A stretch of DNA of 62,915 nt, the filler included, from Conidiobolus incongruus B7586 (lineage: Eukaryota), in assembly GCA_000697335.1 (NCBI GenBank). It is 8 parts of 8 records of this genome, joined end to end, with 100 filler letters (N's around TTAATTAATTAA, not from the genome) between each part and the next. Parts side by side here need not be neighbours in the genome. Positions count along the whole stretch, not along the records: positions 1 to 17,882 come from JNEM01000083.1; 7 more parts are not named here. One strand, written 5' to 3'. Below the pieces are notes generated by a model, which saw nothing but the letters and a program-made list of their open reading frames with translations, did not search any database and was not told where the DNA came from. Shown here piece by piece: positions 1-11,807 of this stretch; the first letter of the stretch is position 1, and each line of letters starts with the position of its first letter. The translations under genes were made by a program, and so were the position numbers.

Positions 1-1022
1 ATAAAATATATATAGTAAAAGATATAAAAAATATTTAATTAAAAATAATTAGCAAAGCTATTATATTTAATATACTCATTAAAATCCATTGTATATAATT
101 ATAATTATTTCATATAATTAAAATATATTTATATAAAAAAATTCCTATAAATATATGAAGTTTATTAAATATTAAATTTAGTTTTTAATATAAGAGCTAT
201 TTTTTTCAATATTAGAAATTTATTGAAAGTATAGCAGTAAGTTATAAATAATAAAAAATTTTAATTATATATTATTTGCTTAATTTTATATATTATATAT
301 TAGAAAATATATTAACTTTTTTATTTCAAAAAATTAATCAAAGTAATAGTTTTTTATTATGAATTAAAAATATTTACTATTTTATATAATAATAGTAGAA
401 TTCATAAAGCTGAAGTTATAAAAAATTTCCTAAAAATAGATAATGATACTATATTTAATATATTTATTTGATTTCAATTTATGCGATTATAATTACTATG
501 TAGTCAATAAAATATACTTACAAAAAACTCCTGTAAATAAATTTAATTACCTTATAAAACATTAAATTTCAGTTTTTAATAAAAAACAGATTTTTAAATG
601 TTTAAAGTTCGCTAAATGTACAACAAAAAGTTATTAATAATAAAAGAATGTATTAATTTTATACTATTTATTTATTTATTTATTTTGTAAATCATGTATT
701 AGAAATTATATGAAAATTTGGTTTTTAATATGCGCTATTACTCAAAATCTGGGGTAATAGAATAGTATAAAAATTTTATTAAAATGCAATAAATATGTGA
801 TAATGTATATTTTACGTTAATTGATAGATATTATGTATTTTACTATATTTCTATTTTATAATGAAATAATTTAAAATTAACAGATTATTTTATGATTGAA
901 TTATCCATTAATGTTGTTTTGAATCTATTGATATACCGAAGTGAAGATAAAGGTCAGTAAAATACATAAATTAGAGAAAATATTCACTGATATAAAATAA
1001 ACCATCGATCAACGACAGCTAC

Positions 1023-1235
1023 TCAAGATTTAAAAATATTGCCACCATCCAAATTATTAATAGCTCTGTAATCAGCCCTCAACATCATAGAATCTTGAAT
1101 CAAGTACGGTAATATTGAATTATTCCAATGTTTGCAAGTTAATCGACATTGTAAAATTTCACTACTACCGAGATGTGGTAGCGTCAATTCGAGGATTTTA
1201 TTGCTAGTTTCGTTGTTGGTTAGGATTTCTGACAT
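1023..1235 (-). pseudogene. Truncated F-box-like gene (70 aa, F-box only), divergent from the F-box/LRR gene at 2146
   Basis: ATG at 1235 gives MSEILTNNETSNKILELTLPHLGSSEILQCRLTCKHWNNSILPYL. The L..RLTCK.WN motif is F-box-like and matches the neighbour (LFEIRLTCKLWN). Stops at TGA 1023-1025; I see no convincing splice continuation. Confidence 0.55.
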
Positions 1236-1778
1236 GATTGGATAAAAATACAGTACGGACAAAGATAATTAATTAGGTATAAGGAAAAAATTTAGTAGTA
1301 ACATGTATTTATAGACTTCAAGTTTCAATTCGAGCATTCATATTTCAGATTATGGGATTTAATTTTTTTGTTATTTACTGAAAAATTTGACAAAATTGGC
1401 AATTATGAAAGTGGTTGACTTATTAATACATGAATGATATGGAAATTGGTAAAATGGTTAGCTGATTATTAATATATTAATACCTTATGAGTTGAGGATA
1501 TTGACCAAACAAATCGATGATGCTGATAATTTTAGGTAGTTAGCTATAACAAATTACGAATGATGAATAATTATCATAAACTTTGAAGACGATGATTGTG
1601 TTTGATAATAAAAAGCAATAAAAATAGAAATACACAATATTAAGTGAATTAGATAAAATGAGAATAAAAAAAATTAATTAATCAATATTATATATTAAAA
1701 AGATGTAAAAGTTGTAATGTACAGAACATCATTTACATTATTATGGTATCTAAATAAAAATTAAACAAATCCAATTAG

Positions 1779-1862
1779 CCGACTATAGTTCAATTGGTAG
1801 AGCGGGAGACTCTAGTTTAAGCTGCAATCTCTAGTTCATTGGTTGGCTTCCAGTCGATCAGA
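1779..1862 (+). pseudogene. Degenerate tRNA-Tyr-derived gene with CTA (amber) anticodon and 11-nt intron
   Basis: Colinear with tRNA-Tyr at 9163-9246, 69/84 nt identical by manual alignment. Anticodon 1812-1814 is CTA. T-loop is TTGGCTT instead of TTCAATT and the acceptor stem has three mismatches. Confidence 0.85.
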
Positions 1863-2145
1863 TTTGAAAAAATTTTAATGACAAACATATTCAGCTCACA
1901 ATTTTGTGAAATCATTCGAACTCTTAATATAATATAAGACTTAATGTTTTCCTTAAAATGATCTATATCTAAAAATTTAATATGGATTCGATATTGTTAT
2001 TTTACCAAATATTTCTTTGATATCAAAATTTGAAATTACAGAAATAAATTTCTCATTTATCCCATAAATGTGATGAACGAAATGAAAGTTTTAAATAAAT
2101 TAACACCTCGAATATTATTGATTGAACACAATATTAATAATAATA

Positions 2146-3597
2146 ATGGATAATTTAGAAAAAATAATTACTTGCTTACACTGTATTTTTAACGAATGTG
2201 AAATTAAAGATTTATTCGAAATTCGACTAACTTGTAAATTATGGAATAGTGTCTGTATACCTCATTTGTATAAAAATGTTAAATTTATTAATTACGCTTA
2301 TAGAACAAACAAATCTCTTAAATTAACAATAGATGATTTTATATCACACCAAATAGATAGCTTAGAGAAGTATTCCAGACATATTCAAAAGATTACACTG
2401 GATAATAATTTTTCAAAACCTGTTGGTTTGAAATTTTCTTCAACTTTTGCTAATTTAACTCAGTTAAAATTTGAACATGTTTTAATTTGGGAATTACCTT
2501 TAATTCATTGTTTACTGAATTTGAAAAATTTGGTATTTTTAGAGTTCAATAGAGTAACTATCAAACAGAGTCAACGGCTATATTCAGATGAAGAATTTTC
2601 GCCGCTATATTTACCAACTTCTGTCAAATCTTTGAAGGTGCTCCATACCCACGTCGATTTATATGCCCCTCTAACAAGAGAGTTCTTCTCAAATATGTAT
2701 CATCTCAATACTCTGGTATTTGAGGCGTCAGACAAATGCTTCATTAATTCTTTCGTTAAAACAATGCCATCTCTATCGCACTTATCACTTTCTCTAATTC
2801 GTGAGCGTTCCGATTTCGATTTGTATTACCAAATTCTTCAAAATAATCTTCAACTCAAAAAACTCGAACTTCCGAGCAACTTTTTTATTACAAAGATACT
2901 TCAGATTATATCTAGGATGAGTCAACTGGAAATGATTAATTTTGACCAACAAAATGGCTGCTTTATTGATGAACTACCTTCGGAATTCATACCAATTAAT
3001 ACCACGAGGCAATTGAAATACTTAAGTGTTCAGTCCATTCCATTCATTGAATTCAACACTCTCAGACATATCATTATAAATGGGATTAATTTGACACACA
3101 TACATATTCTTGTTGGTGAAGGTTTGCCAGAGCTTATGCATTTGATAGCTACACATTGCCCCAAGCTTATACAGCTGAATTTCGGTCTAAATTTAGTCGA
3201 ATTCAATAACTTAGATATCATCGATCAACCCCAACTTGCGGTTCATAGGGACCAAAATGTCTGGAGAGACCACACAAATGAACCTAATCTCGCCGAGCTC
3301 AATAACGCAGCCCTTGCACCATTCCTTTCGGGATCGTTCCAGTGTCAGAACACTTTGAATCATCTTTCAATAATCAACCTACATCTGCTTTGGATTGAAC
3401 CTGCTATTCTAACATGCTTCAAAAATTTAAGAATGGTCACTTTGATTCAGGCTCTAAGCTATTTCGAAACAACTAGGATATCCGACATTGAAACCATTAT
3501 CCAAAACCATTGCGAGGAGCATTGGATCGGATGGGAATTGAATTGTGATTTCAATTTAGACTGCGTATTCATTAGTTTAAGAAAGTCTAATCGCTAG
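2146..3597 (+). CDS. F-box / leucine-rich-repeat (RNI-like) protein, ~483 aa, single exon
   Basis: Long ORF, first ATG at 2146. N-terminal F-box-like EIKDLFEIRLTCKLWNSVCIPHLY, followed by repeated LxxLxL units (NLTQLKF, NLVFLEF, HLNTLVF, SLSHLSL, QLKKLEL, QLKYLSV, NLTHIHI, CPKLIQLNF). Confidence 0.8.
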   Translation: MDNLEKIITCLHCIFNECEIKDLFEIRLTCKLWNSVCIPHLYKNVKFINYAYRTNKSLKLTIDDFISHQIDSLEKYSRHIQKITLDNNFSKPVGLKFSSTFANLTQLKFEHVLIWELPLIHCLLNLKNLVFLEFNRVTIKQSQRLYSDEEFSPLYLPTSVKSLKVLHTHVDLYAPLTREFFSNMYHLNTLVFEASDKCFINSFVKTMPSLSHLSLSLIRERSDFDLYYQILQNNLQLKKLELPSNFFITKILQIISRMSQLEMINFDQQNGCFIDELPSEFIPINTTRQLKYLSVQSIPFIEFNTLRHIIINGINLTHIHILVGEGLPELMHLIATHCPKLIQLNFGLNLVEFNNLDIIDQPQLAVHRDQNVWRDHTNEPNLAELNNAALAPFLSGSFQCQNTLNHLSIINLHLLWIEPAILTCFKNLRMVTLIQALSYFETTRISDIETIIQNHCEEHWIGWELNCDFNLDCVFISLRKSNR

Positions 3598-5968
3598 CTT
3601 AGCAATAAACATCACCATTTATTTCATTATTAACATATAATTCACAATCCATTTAACCGTTGAATTTGACCTAGTCAAATTTTTTCATTGTTTTACCAAT
3701 CTTAGTAATTTTAATATGGTGACGAATTACAAACTCATACATTTTAATTAAATCAAATGCTGTAAACACTATTTAAACTATCAGATTAATTTATTTGAGT
3801 TAAAAATTAGGATGGATTTTAAATTTTAACTCAATAACTATAAATTTATTAGTTAGTATACTATCTAATTGTTTTATTCAGAATTTTCCTATTATCTTTG
3901 TTTACAATTAATATATTTAGGTCAATAAATGGAAATTTAAAGTCACTATAAACAGTGACAATTCGAATTTCTGTTTATAATAGAATTTCCAATTGTCAAC
4001 TCTAGTTAATAAATTTACTGTTCAAATTTGATTATCATATTTAACAATTAATTCTCAAAAAATATAATTGAATAGAGTATAACTATAAATAGAGGTGATA
4101 TTTTATTTATATCAATTTATAGAATATGATATAATCAAACTTAATGATCCCTATATTTTGAAACCTAAAAATATTATTAATAACTCAAAATTCTAATGTT
4201 ATCACATATAATATCATGAAGTTATTTTCATATATAACAATTTTTTTTGAAAAAAATTAAAATTTTTTGATTAAATTATGATGAAATTAATAGAAAATTA
4301 TAAAAATTATAAAATTATAATTTTTAATGGATTTTCCCTTAATAAGAAAATTTTCGGGTTTATAATAATTATAGAGAGTTTTTTTCAAATTACTGAATGT
4401 TTAATAATGTATTAAATTCAGGGATAAATGAATAGCCAATATATAGAATAAAATTCATAATGCTATTATTCTATTAATATTGTTTTTTCATTAAATTTTA
4501 TCAATATAGAAATTTCAAAAGTTTTTTACTATTAAAATTCTAATTTCATTAAATAACAATAAAACGAATTTTATCTATTAGAGAATTTAATTTTGTATTA
4601 GTTTCAGTTTAATAAAATTTCCCAATGACAATTTGAAATTTGTTTTAATTCATCTTGGCAATATCAATCACATGTTTTATTCTAATCAATTTAACATATT
4701 TCAATATATTTTTTTATTGATTGCTAAAATTTATCAAAATGACTAGAATTCTCCCCTCTTACACAGTATAAAACTCTTATAATCACTTTAAGTGAATTGT
4801 GATATCATTCATCTAGAATTTTGATAAGTTTAATAAAACTACGAAAATTTGATTTTCAAAATTAATTTATGACTATTTTGGAAGTATTTTATCACATTTA
4901 TTAACAGTTCGAATAAGGTTAAAATATTTACCCCAAATAACTTTGATTGATTGGTTGAGTGTATTGTCGTATTATGATTAATCCAATGAAAATTGAGAAA
5001 AATGGGAGTTAATAATTCTATCTTATTATATTGGAAAATTTAGATGATTTAATTCATGATTTCATACATTGTTTCAACACGTTAAAGATTGTTTGATTCA
5101 GCAAAATAGTGTAATTATCCTGTAAATATACGATCGTACCAATCTCCCCTCATTCACTGATCAATCCCTAGGCGTTTTTCAGCTTTTATTCAATTAAATT
5201 CATCAACGCAAAAACTAGATAACCTTAATACTTTACCAATTTAGTCAAGTCATAGGTAACATTACAACACTTAACTCTCCTACCAAACAACTCAATTGAT
5301 AGCGTGGATTTAGATGAAGCTATTTATCAAATCATTCTGAATAAGTTGCCTTTTCAATCACTAAAATTCACCGCAAAACTTTTAAAACATAACTGAAACT
5401 AAGGCCAGCCAATCAGATAAAGAACAAATTACACCAACTGCCTCTTAAAGCAAACGATTCAAGATTAGTTTCGATTCAAAATCACCAAGTTAATTGCATT
5501 TTAAAATTTTCCTAAATCCAATCCACGCATCAATCATGAGGAAAGCTTGTACAAATTGCGAATCCGAAGAGCTAAATAGAATATTTCTAAATTGGTTTAG
5601 TTTCCATTTGTAATGATATAAATAAGAGGGATTTGTATGGGAAATCGACAGTGATTCGTCAATTGATGAAGTATTTTATTTATTAATTCTATATTGAACT
5701 TAGAAATTGACAGTTCAATTAATTACTTTTCTTTTTGCATTCAAATCTCCTCCTCCGCACATCAAAAGTCAAGTGTTTGTTTAGTTCATTTACCTCGCGC
5801 ACCAACCAATTGATCGTTCTTCGAGAGTCATCTTCTTCTCTTGTTGAAATCTATACTCTCTTCACTTTCGATTGTAGCGTTATTTGGTCTATTTTCTAAT
5901 CACCACCTCCTTCCTTCTGTATTTATTATCTCTCCCCTTTTGTTTATATATACTTCTAATCTTCCTCT

Positions 5969-6205
5969 ATGAATTTTATACCAATGGAAAATAATATTTC
6001 AAATACAACTTCTCCCGAGTCGCCACCTTTCAAGAAATCCGTTAGATTCAGTAGATTTGAAAAAGTTTTTTACACTCACTCCCCTTGTGATTATGATCGC
6101 ACATCCCTTTATCCTTCTCTTCTTATGCTCCGAAGAGCCAGCTTACCCACGGTACCTACCCAACCCCCTGCTTCTCCTTCTATGTCTATTACGCTCCTAT
6201 CTTAG
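5969..6205 (+). CDS. Small protein (78 aa) with PP1-docking RVxF motif, neurabin/spinophilin/Bni4-type
   Basis: KKSVRFSRFEKVFYTHSPCDYDR resembles the RVxF...VFxTxSxxDYDR PP1-binding signature; RRAS is a PKA consensus. Lies in a GC-richer island after a pyrimidine-rich leader, with CCAAT (~5409) and TATAAA (~5617) upstream. Confidence 0.6.
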   Translation: MNFIPMENNISNTTSPESPPFKKSVRFSRFEKVFYTHSPCDYDRTSLYPSLLMLRRASLPTVPTQPPASPSMSITLLS

Positions 6206-9162
6206 ATTACACCATCCATTTCAAAATATACATAATATCAAGGTTTCGAATTCGTTCAGGTAGCGACATTCATTAGACAACGCACTGGTCGATTCCTAAA
6301 TTTACCCCTTACAACTTGGTTACTTGCAGAGATTTAACCAATTAGAGATTCATTAATACATTTTCCTATTGAATTATGGTATTATGAACTTGAATTGGAT
6401 GCAAGTATATTATTGATTATGTCTTAAACTCCCTATGATGCTATCATACAGCTACAACAAGCAATTGTGTGGGTCGCACGGTGCCCCCTGACCTTACGCA
6501 AGGACAATATTCTGGCCCCCATTCCATTTGTAGAGCACATTTATTTTAACAATTCGGGATTTATTGACATATGACAAATATCAGCTCAAGTTGAATTATC
6601 GGAATTTAACTCCCACAACACAACTCCATTATCAATTATTAATCTCAATCTATTGATTGGGTAAGGGAGATTGCAATTGGCCAATCCCGATTGGGATCTG
6701 GATCGGCGTTGTTTCTAACCCAAAATCAACTGGCTTACATCCCCTTTCATTATATTTAAAATTACTTGGGAGAGGTACATCTCTAAGCCTATTGCCTATT
6801 TATGTACCCCGAAGACCTTCTGCAATGACTCCAAGCTAATATTCATCTCCAGTTGAACTCTGTTTAATAGTTTTTATAATTTATCCGTTTAATTTAATAC
6901 TTATCATTACATTGTTTTTGACTATATACTTTTGTATAATAAATTCAATCTTTATCTTTTTCTATTCAAGTAACCCATTAACAATTATATCATTTAATTA
7001 CTCAATGAATAAAATTAATAATCAAATGTTTAACAAAGTTATTCTAAAACATATTATGTTTATTTGAATTAAACAGGTAAAAATTCTAAAATATCAAAAT
7101 ATCAATTTTGTGATATTTAAATAATTTAACCATTTTATTTTGATTAGTATTATTATGTGTACATAATGATTTAGAATGAGGTTAATTTTACTATAATTAA
7201 AAATATATCATCAATTCATTTAATTCACTTATATCATTATTTCAAGGATTATCTGTTCTGTTAAAATCAAGTGAACCATACTCTTTTTATTAATACTAGC
7301 ATCATTGAAACATTAATAGCATGTATTGTCTTCAATATATTTATTGAGTATAATTTCCCTGAATCAGTGCATTACTAATCAAGGAACAAGAATCCATTAA
7401 TCTCAAATCAACTAAGTGGGTTTAGGCGGTTAAAATCATGACTTGACCCAGTATTAATAATAAATTGATAGTCCTGTAGGCCATCATTAAGGCATCATTA
7501 ATTGAGGTTATTAGGTTTGATCCAGCTATTAATAATCAATCAAAGTCAAGCTCATTTTTTTGACTTTGGATTCAAATCAATTCGAACCAATGACAAACAA
7601 TTATTTATCACATTTTACCAAGCAATGAAATAACCAGACTATCGGATTTAAAATTGGTTACGAGAATTTTCCAACAAAATTGAGAATTTATTTTAAATTG
7701 GAAGTACTGAACTTAGCAAATATATATTTTTCTAATATGATTCTAATCCTTTTGGGTAAAATTGACTGTATATTTTATAAGGTTCTGACACTTTTTATAT
7801 TATTAGTTATTGAATTTTAATTATTCTTATAGTTTAGAGTTGTTATGAATCTAAAATTACCAAGTTTTTTTTTTAAATATTCCAAAAATTTTAAAATTAA
7901 ATTAATTTCAATTAATTATATATTTTTTTATATTTATCTCATCTTTTTTAAAAATGGATCATTTTAATTTAAAAAAGAATAATTTCTAATAAGAAAAAAA
8001 ATATATAATTAAGATGACATATTTATTACGAAATATCAATAAGTCATAAGTCGATTCACTTCTAGAAGCATGATTGATAATTGAAAAACAGATTGTAAAA
8101 TTTAATTGGTTAAAATTTCACTAATTTATTGGTATTTCAATGGGTTCAAAAGAAAATTGAATTTTGAAATCCATTCAATTTAGATTGATTGGGGTAATAG
8201 TGTTAGTGGTAGAAGTGATCATAAGTTATTTCTGAACTTATCATTACATAATTTTGATATTAATTGATAATGATAAACTTTTGATGCAATTATTATTGGA
8301 AATTAAAATGGATTACTTATTGATTAAATAATATTTTTCTTCAAATTAATATTAAACATTCTTGAAAATTGTGTCATTATACTAAACTGTTGCAAAATTA
8401 TTTCTAAATTGAATCAATTTTAAAAATTTAATTGATTTGAAATATACAATTAAAATAATCAAGATTTCAATTTTCAACTTTCATATTTTACCATCAAATT
8501 AGTTTTTATTTCGCTCAAATTTATATTTTTTTACTAAAACTCGCTCAAATCTTACTTTGATTTTAAGATAAATTTGCCTTAATAACTTTGCAAAATTTAT
8601 ATTTTATCAAATATACCAAAGCAGGATCTTTAAATTTCAATATTCGTTTATTAGCATTCAAATCATTGTATGACAGGGCATATCTCAAAAATTTTAACAA
8701 TAGCTAAACAAGAATGTAAACCCGATAATCAAGCTGTTAAAATATTTAGTTCAATTAAAATCCATTATTATGGACTATTTTGGTGTCATTCACTATGAAA
8801 ATCCCTAATGATGTCTTGGCAAAATTGGATAGACTTCATTTTACGCTCATCACGCAATTTTGAACTGTGAATGATTCAGTTTGAAATTGTAAGATTTAAA
8901 ATGAAATTGAACCTAATTTTTGTTAAAATTGATTTCTATTTAGTCATCTAAACATAGAAAAAACCAAAGATATTCACCTTATTATTAAATGATTTATTGG
9001 ATTAATTGCTGAAATATTACAATAAAATTGAACTGCTATGTTGTAATTTAGTGTAATAATGAACATAAAATTGTTATTGAAATTAAAATAATTAAAAACA
9101 AAATATTTCATAAATAAAAATAAAGAGAAAAATATTGCGTGGAGAGAATGAAGAGAAACGGA

Positions 9163-9246
9163 TCCGACCAACCGGAATTGAACCAGTGACCTAGAGATTA
9201 CAGCTACAACTACAGTCTCCCGCTCTACCAACTGAGCTATAGTCGG
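9163..9246 (-). tRNA. tRNA-Tyr (GUA) with 11-nt intron (9199-9209)
   Basis: Reverse complement folds as a cloverleaf: CCGACTA/TGGTCGG acceptor, GCTC/GAGC D stem, GGAGA-CTGTAG[intron]A-TCTCT anticodon arm, GGTTCAATTCC B box. Intron at the canonical 37/38 position. Confidence 0.95.
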
Positions 9247-11177
9247 ATACAACTAGAGTATTATATTATACAAATAATTTCGCTTTTACTGTTTAACTTA
9301 AATGATAAAATTTTAATCATAAAATATTCTAAATCTAGTTTAATTCTTATAATTATATTACATATTCAAATTCTAATTCTTCTATTTTTAATACATTTTT
9401 TCATCATTTACAATAATTTATCAAACTTATATTTTGACATATGGCATATATTCATATTTGATATTTTTTTACTATTATGTTTTAAGACACACATTAATAG
9501 AATACACTACGTTATTCTTATTTAATGTCATTTTAAAAGAAATTTTAAATAGACTTTTTATAGTTATTTCAATTTCCTATTAATATAAAATCAAATTTAA
9601 TACTTTTTTATTACCAATTGTATCTAATAACCAAATAACCAAACATTTTATATGTTTCACAATATTTGATAATTTATTAAAAAATGATAATTTTAACAAT
9701 TTTTAATTCATATTTTTGAAATTAAATATAAATTGATTATTTAATCAATTTACTATCTCAATATTTGAATATATTAATTAACATTCACTTTCAAATTTGT
9801 TTTAATTCATCTAATTATAAATCATATTAAATGTGACTTTAAGACTTGAATCTTGATTTTGCAATGTAATTTTAATAATGTTACTAAGATTTTGTCGATT
9901 CTGAGTTACACAAAACTTATTTTAACTAGGATCCTTAACCATTGTTGTAAAGCAAGTGAATTTGTGTACTATGTATTAAGATATATGACTTGAAAATATT
10001 CTAAAAAATATATAGTATATCTTAATTTATTTCTTGTTCTTGAATAAAATAATATTAATAGATTTATCTAAAATCAAGATCTATATTGAAATGACGTATA
10101 GTTATTCAAAGCAAGCATGGTTATAATGATATGATTATTTCTTATAAATTGCTAAATTTAAAGCTAAATATCATTTAAAAAATAACATACCAATACAAAG
10201 CTAAGCAATAATACTCTAATACGTTATTGAAGTGTACAATACAAATTCATTTTTCAAATTTAATGAAGTAATAAAATATTAAAATAAACTATGTAATTCA
10301 AAAATAGCAGGATATTAAATATTTCTTATATTTGCTTAAGTCTACTTAAATATAACTCATTATTTGTAATAATAATATAATATTTTACAGTTATTCTTAT
10401 ATTTTGTAAAAAACTAAAAAATTTAAACACAATATCGTTTCTACTAAGATAAAAAGTTACGAAAATTATTCTCAGATAAATCAAAAATATTACATTTTTT
10501 TTAAAATACTATTATTGATATTTAATTATAATTCACACTGTTTCTAGTATATATAATTCAATTCACAAGCTTCATTTAATCGAATTTCACCTGGATTGAA
10601 ATTATCTTGTATAACCATTTATATTTAAAGTTATAATTATATCTAATATTATATACAATCGAATTCGATTGTAAAATGAAAAGGTGGTTACATTGTAATA
10701 TAAAGGTAAGCGAATTCCTATTCGATTAAAAGTTAAAGAGTATAAAAATACTCTTTAAGATTGATATATACCATTACTTCTAGCAGATTTTATAATCAAT
10801 ATAACATTCATTTCAATTGTAATACAATAATTCAAATTATTATACACTCGGTTATTTTGAACTATGTATTCTAATAAATTCAATATACCAAACATAGTTA
10901 AATATATTACTACCAATATAAATAAAAAAGACAGGATATGTTGTATAATTTAATTACGATATCAAAATATTCAAAATAAATATTATATATTAGTAAAGGT
11001 TAGTAAATTATAATTGATAAAATAAAATAAATAGATGAAATAATTTAGAAATTAGGGTGAAAAAATATTTGGTGAAAAGTAAGAATAAAATGTTAAAAAT
11101 AAAAATTTTGAATTATTTTAATATATAAATCTGAATATTATTCACTATAATATAGAATAATTAAATTTACTTATACA

Positions 11178-11251
11178 GCTTCCATGGCGCAATTGGCTAG
11201 CGCGTCCGACTGTTAATCGGGAGGTTGGTGGTTCAAGCCCACCTGGGAGCG
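11178..11251 (+). tRNA. tRNA-Asn (GUU)
   Basis: GCTTCCA/TGGGAGC acceptor, GCGC/GCGC D stem, TCCGA-CTGTTAA-TCGGG anticodon arm, GGTGG-TTCAAGC-CCACC T arm; T-runs (Pol III terminator) just downstream. Confidence 0.97.
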
Positions 11252-11807
11252 TTACCCTTTTACTTCTTTTTTAATAAACAAATTATTTCCAATTTTTTTA
11301 CTCAAAATGGGGATTTTTACATATTTGATTTATAATTGCCAACTGACTCCTTTTTTCGAAGTGAATATATTATATTATATTTGAGAATTCTTTATATAAA
11401 TTAAATATTGATTTAAATTAATTACTCAAATTATTGTTTAAGAAAAATACTCAAAGCATTTTGTATATTAAATGATGACTCAACAATTGATTTTAGAATT
11501 AGAAAACTAATGTTTAGTTTTATATTTATTTCAATGATATCCTTAAAGTAAATATTATATTTTTTTTAAATAATTAGAGTATAAGATTATAAAACTATAT
11601 TATGTTGACATTGGTCAATTTAATTAATCATTAAAATTTTATTATAAACATAATGATGGTTTATTGATATAATATATAGAATTATAGTATACTAACTTAG
11701 GAAAAAAGTTATTCTTCAAATATTACAAATTGAAAAGATAAATTTAAATCAAGACCAGGATATCAGATATCAATAAAATATATAACGATTTTGATTATAA
11801 ATGAAAA

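Noticed and set aside
6470..6530. GGGTCG... as an HDV-like ribozyme
   Set aside because: I could not build the nested double pseudoknot; only small hairpins are supported.
8974..9252. 92-aa ORF on the minus strand
   Set aside because: Reads through tRNA-Tyr into AT-rich filler; no protein features.
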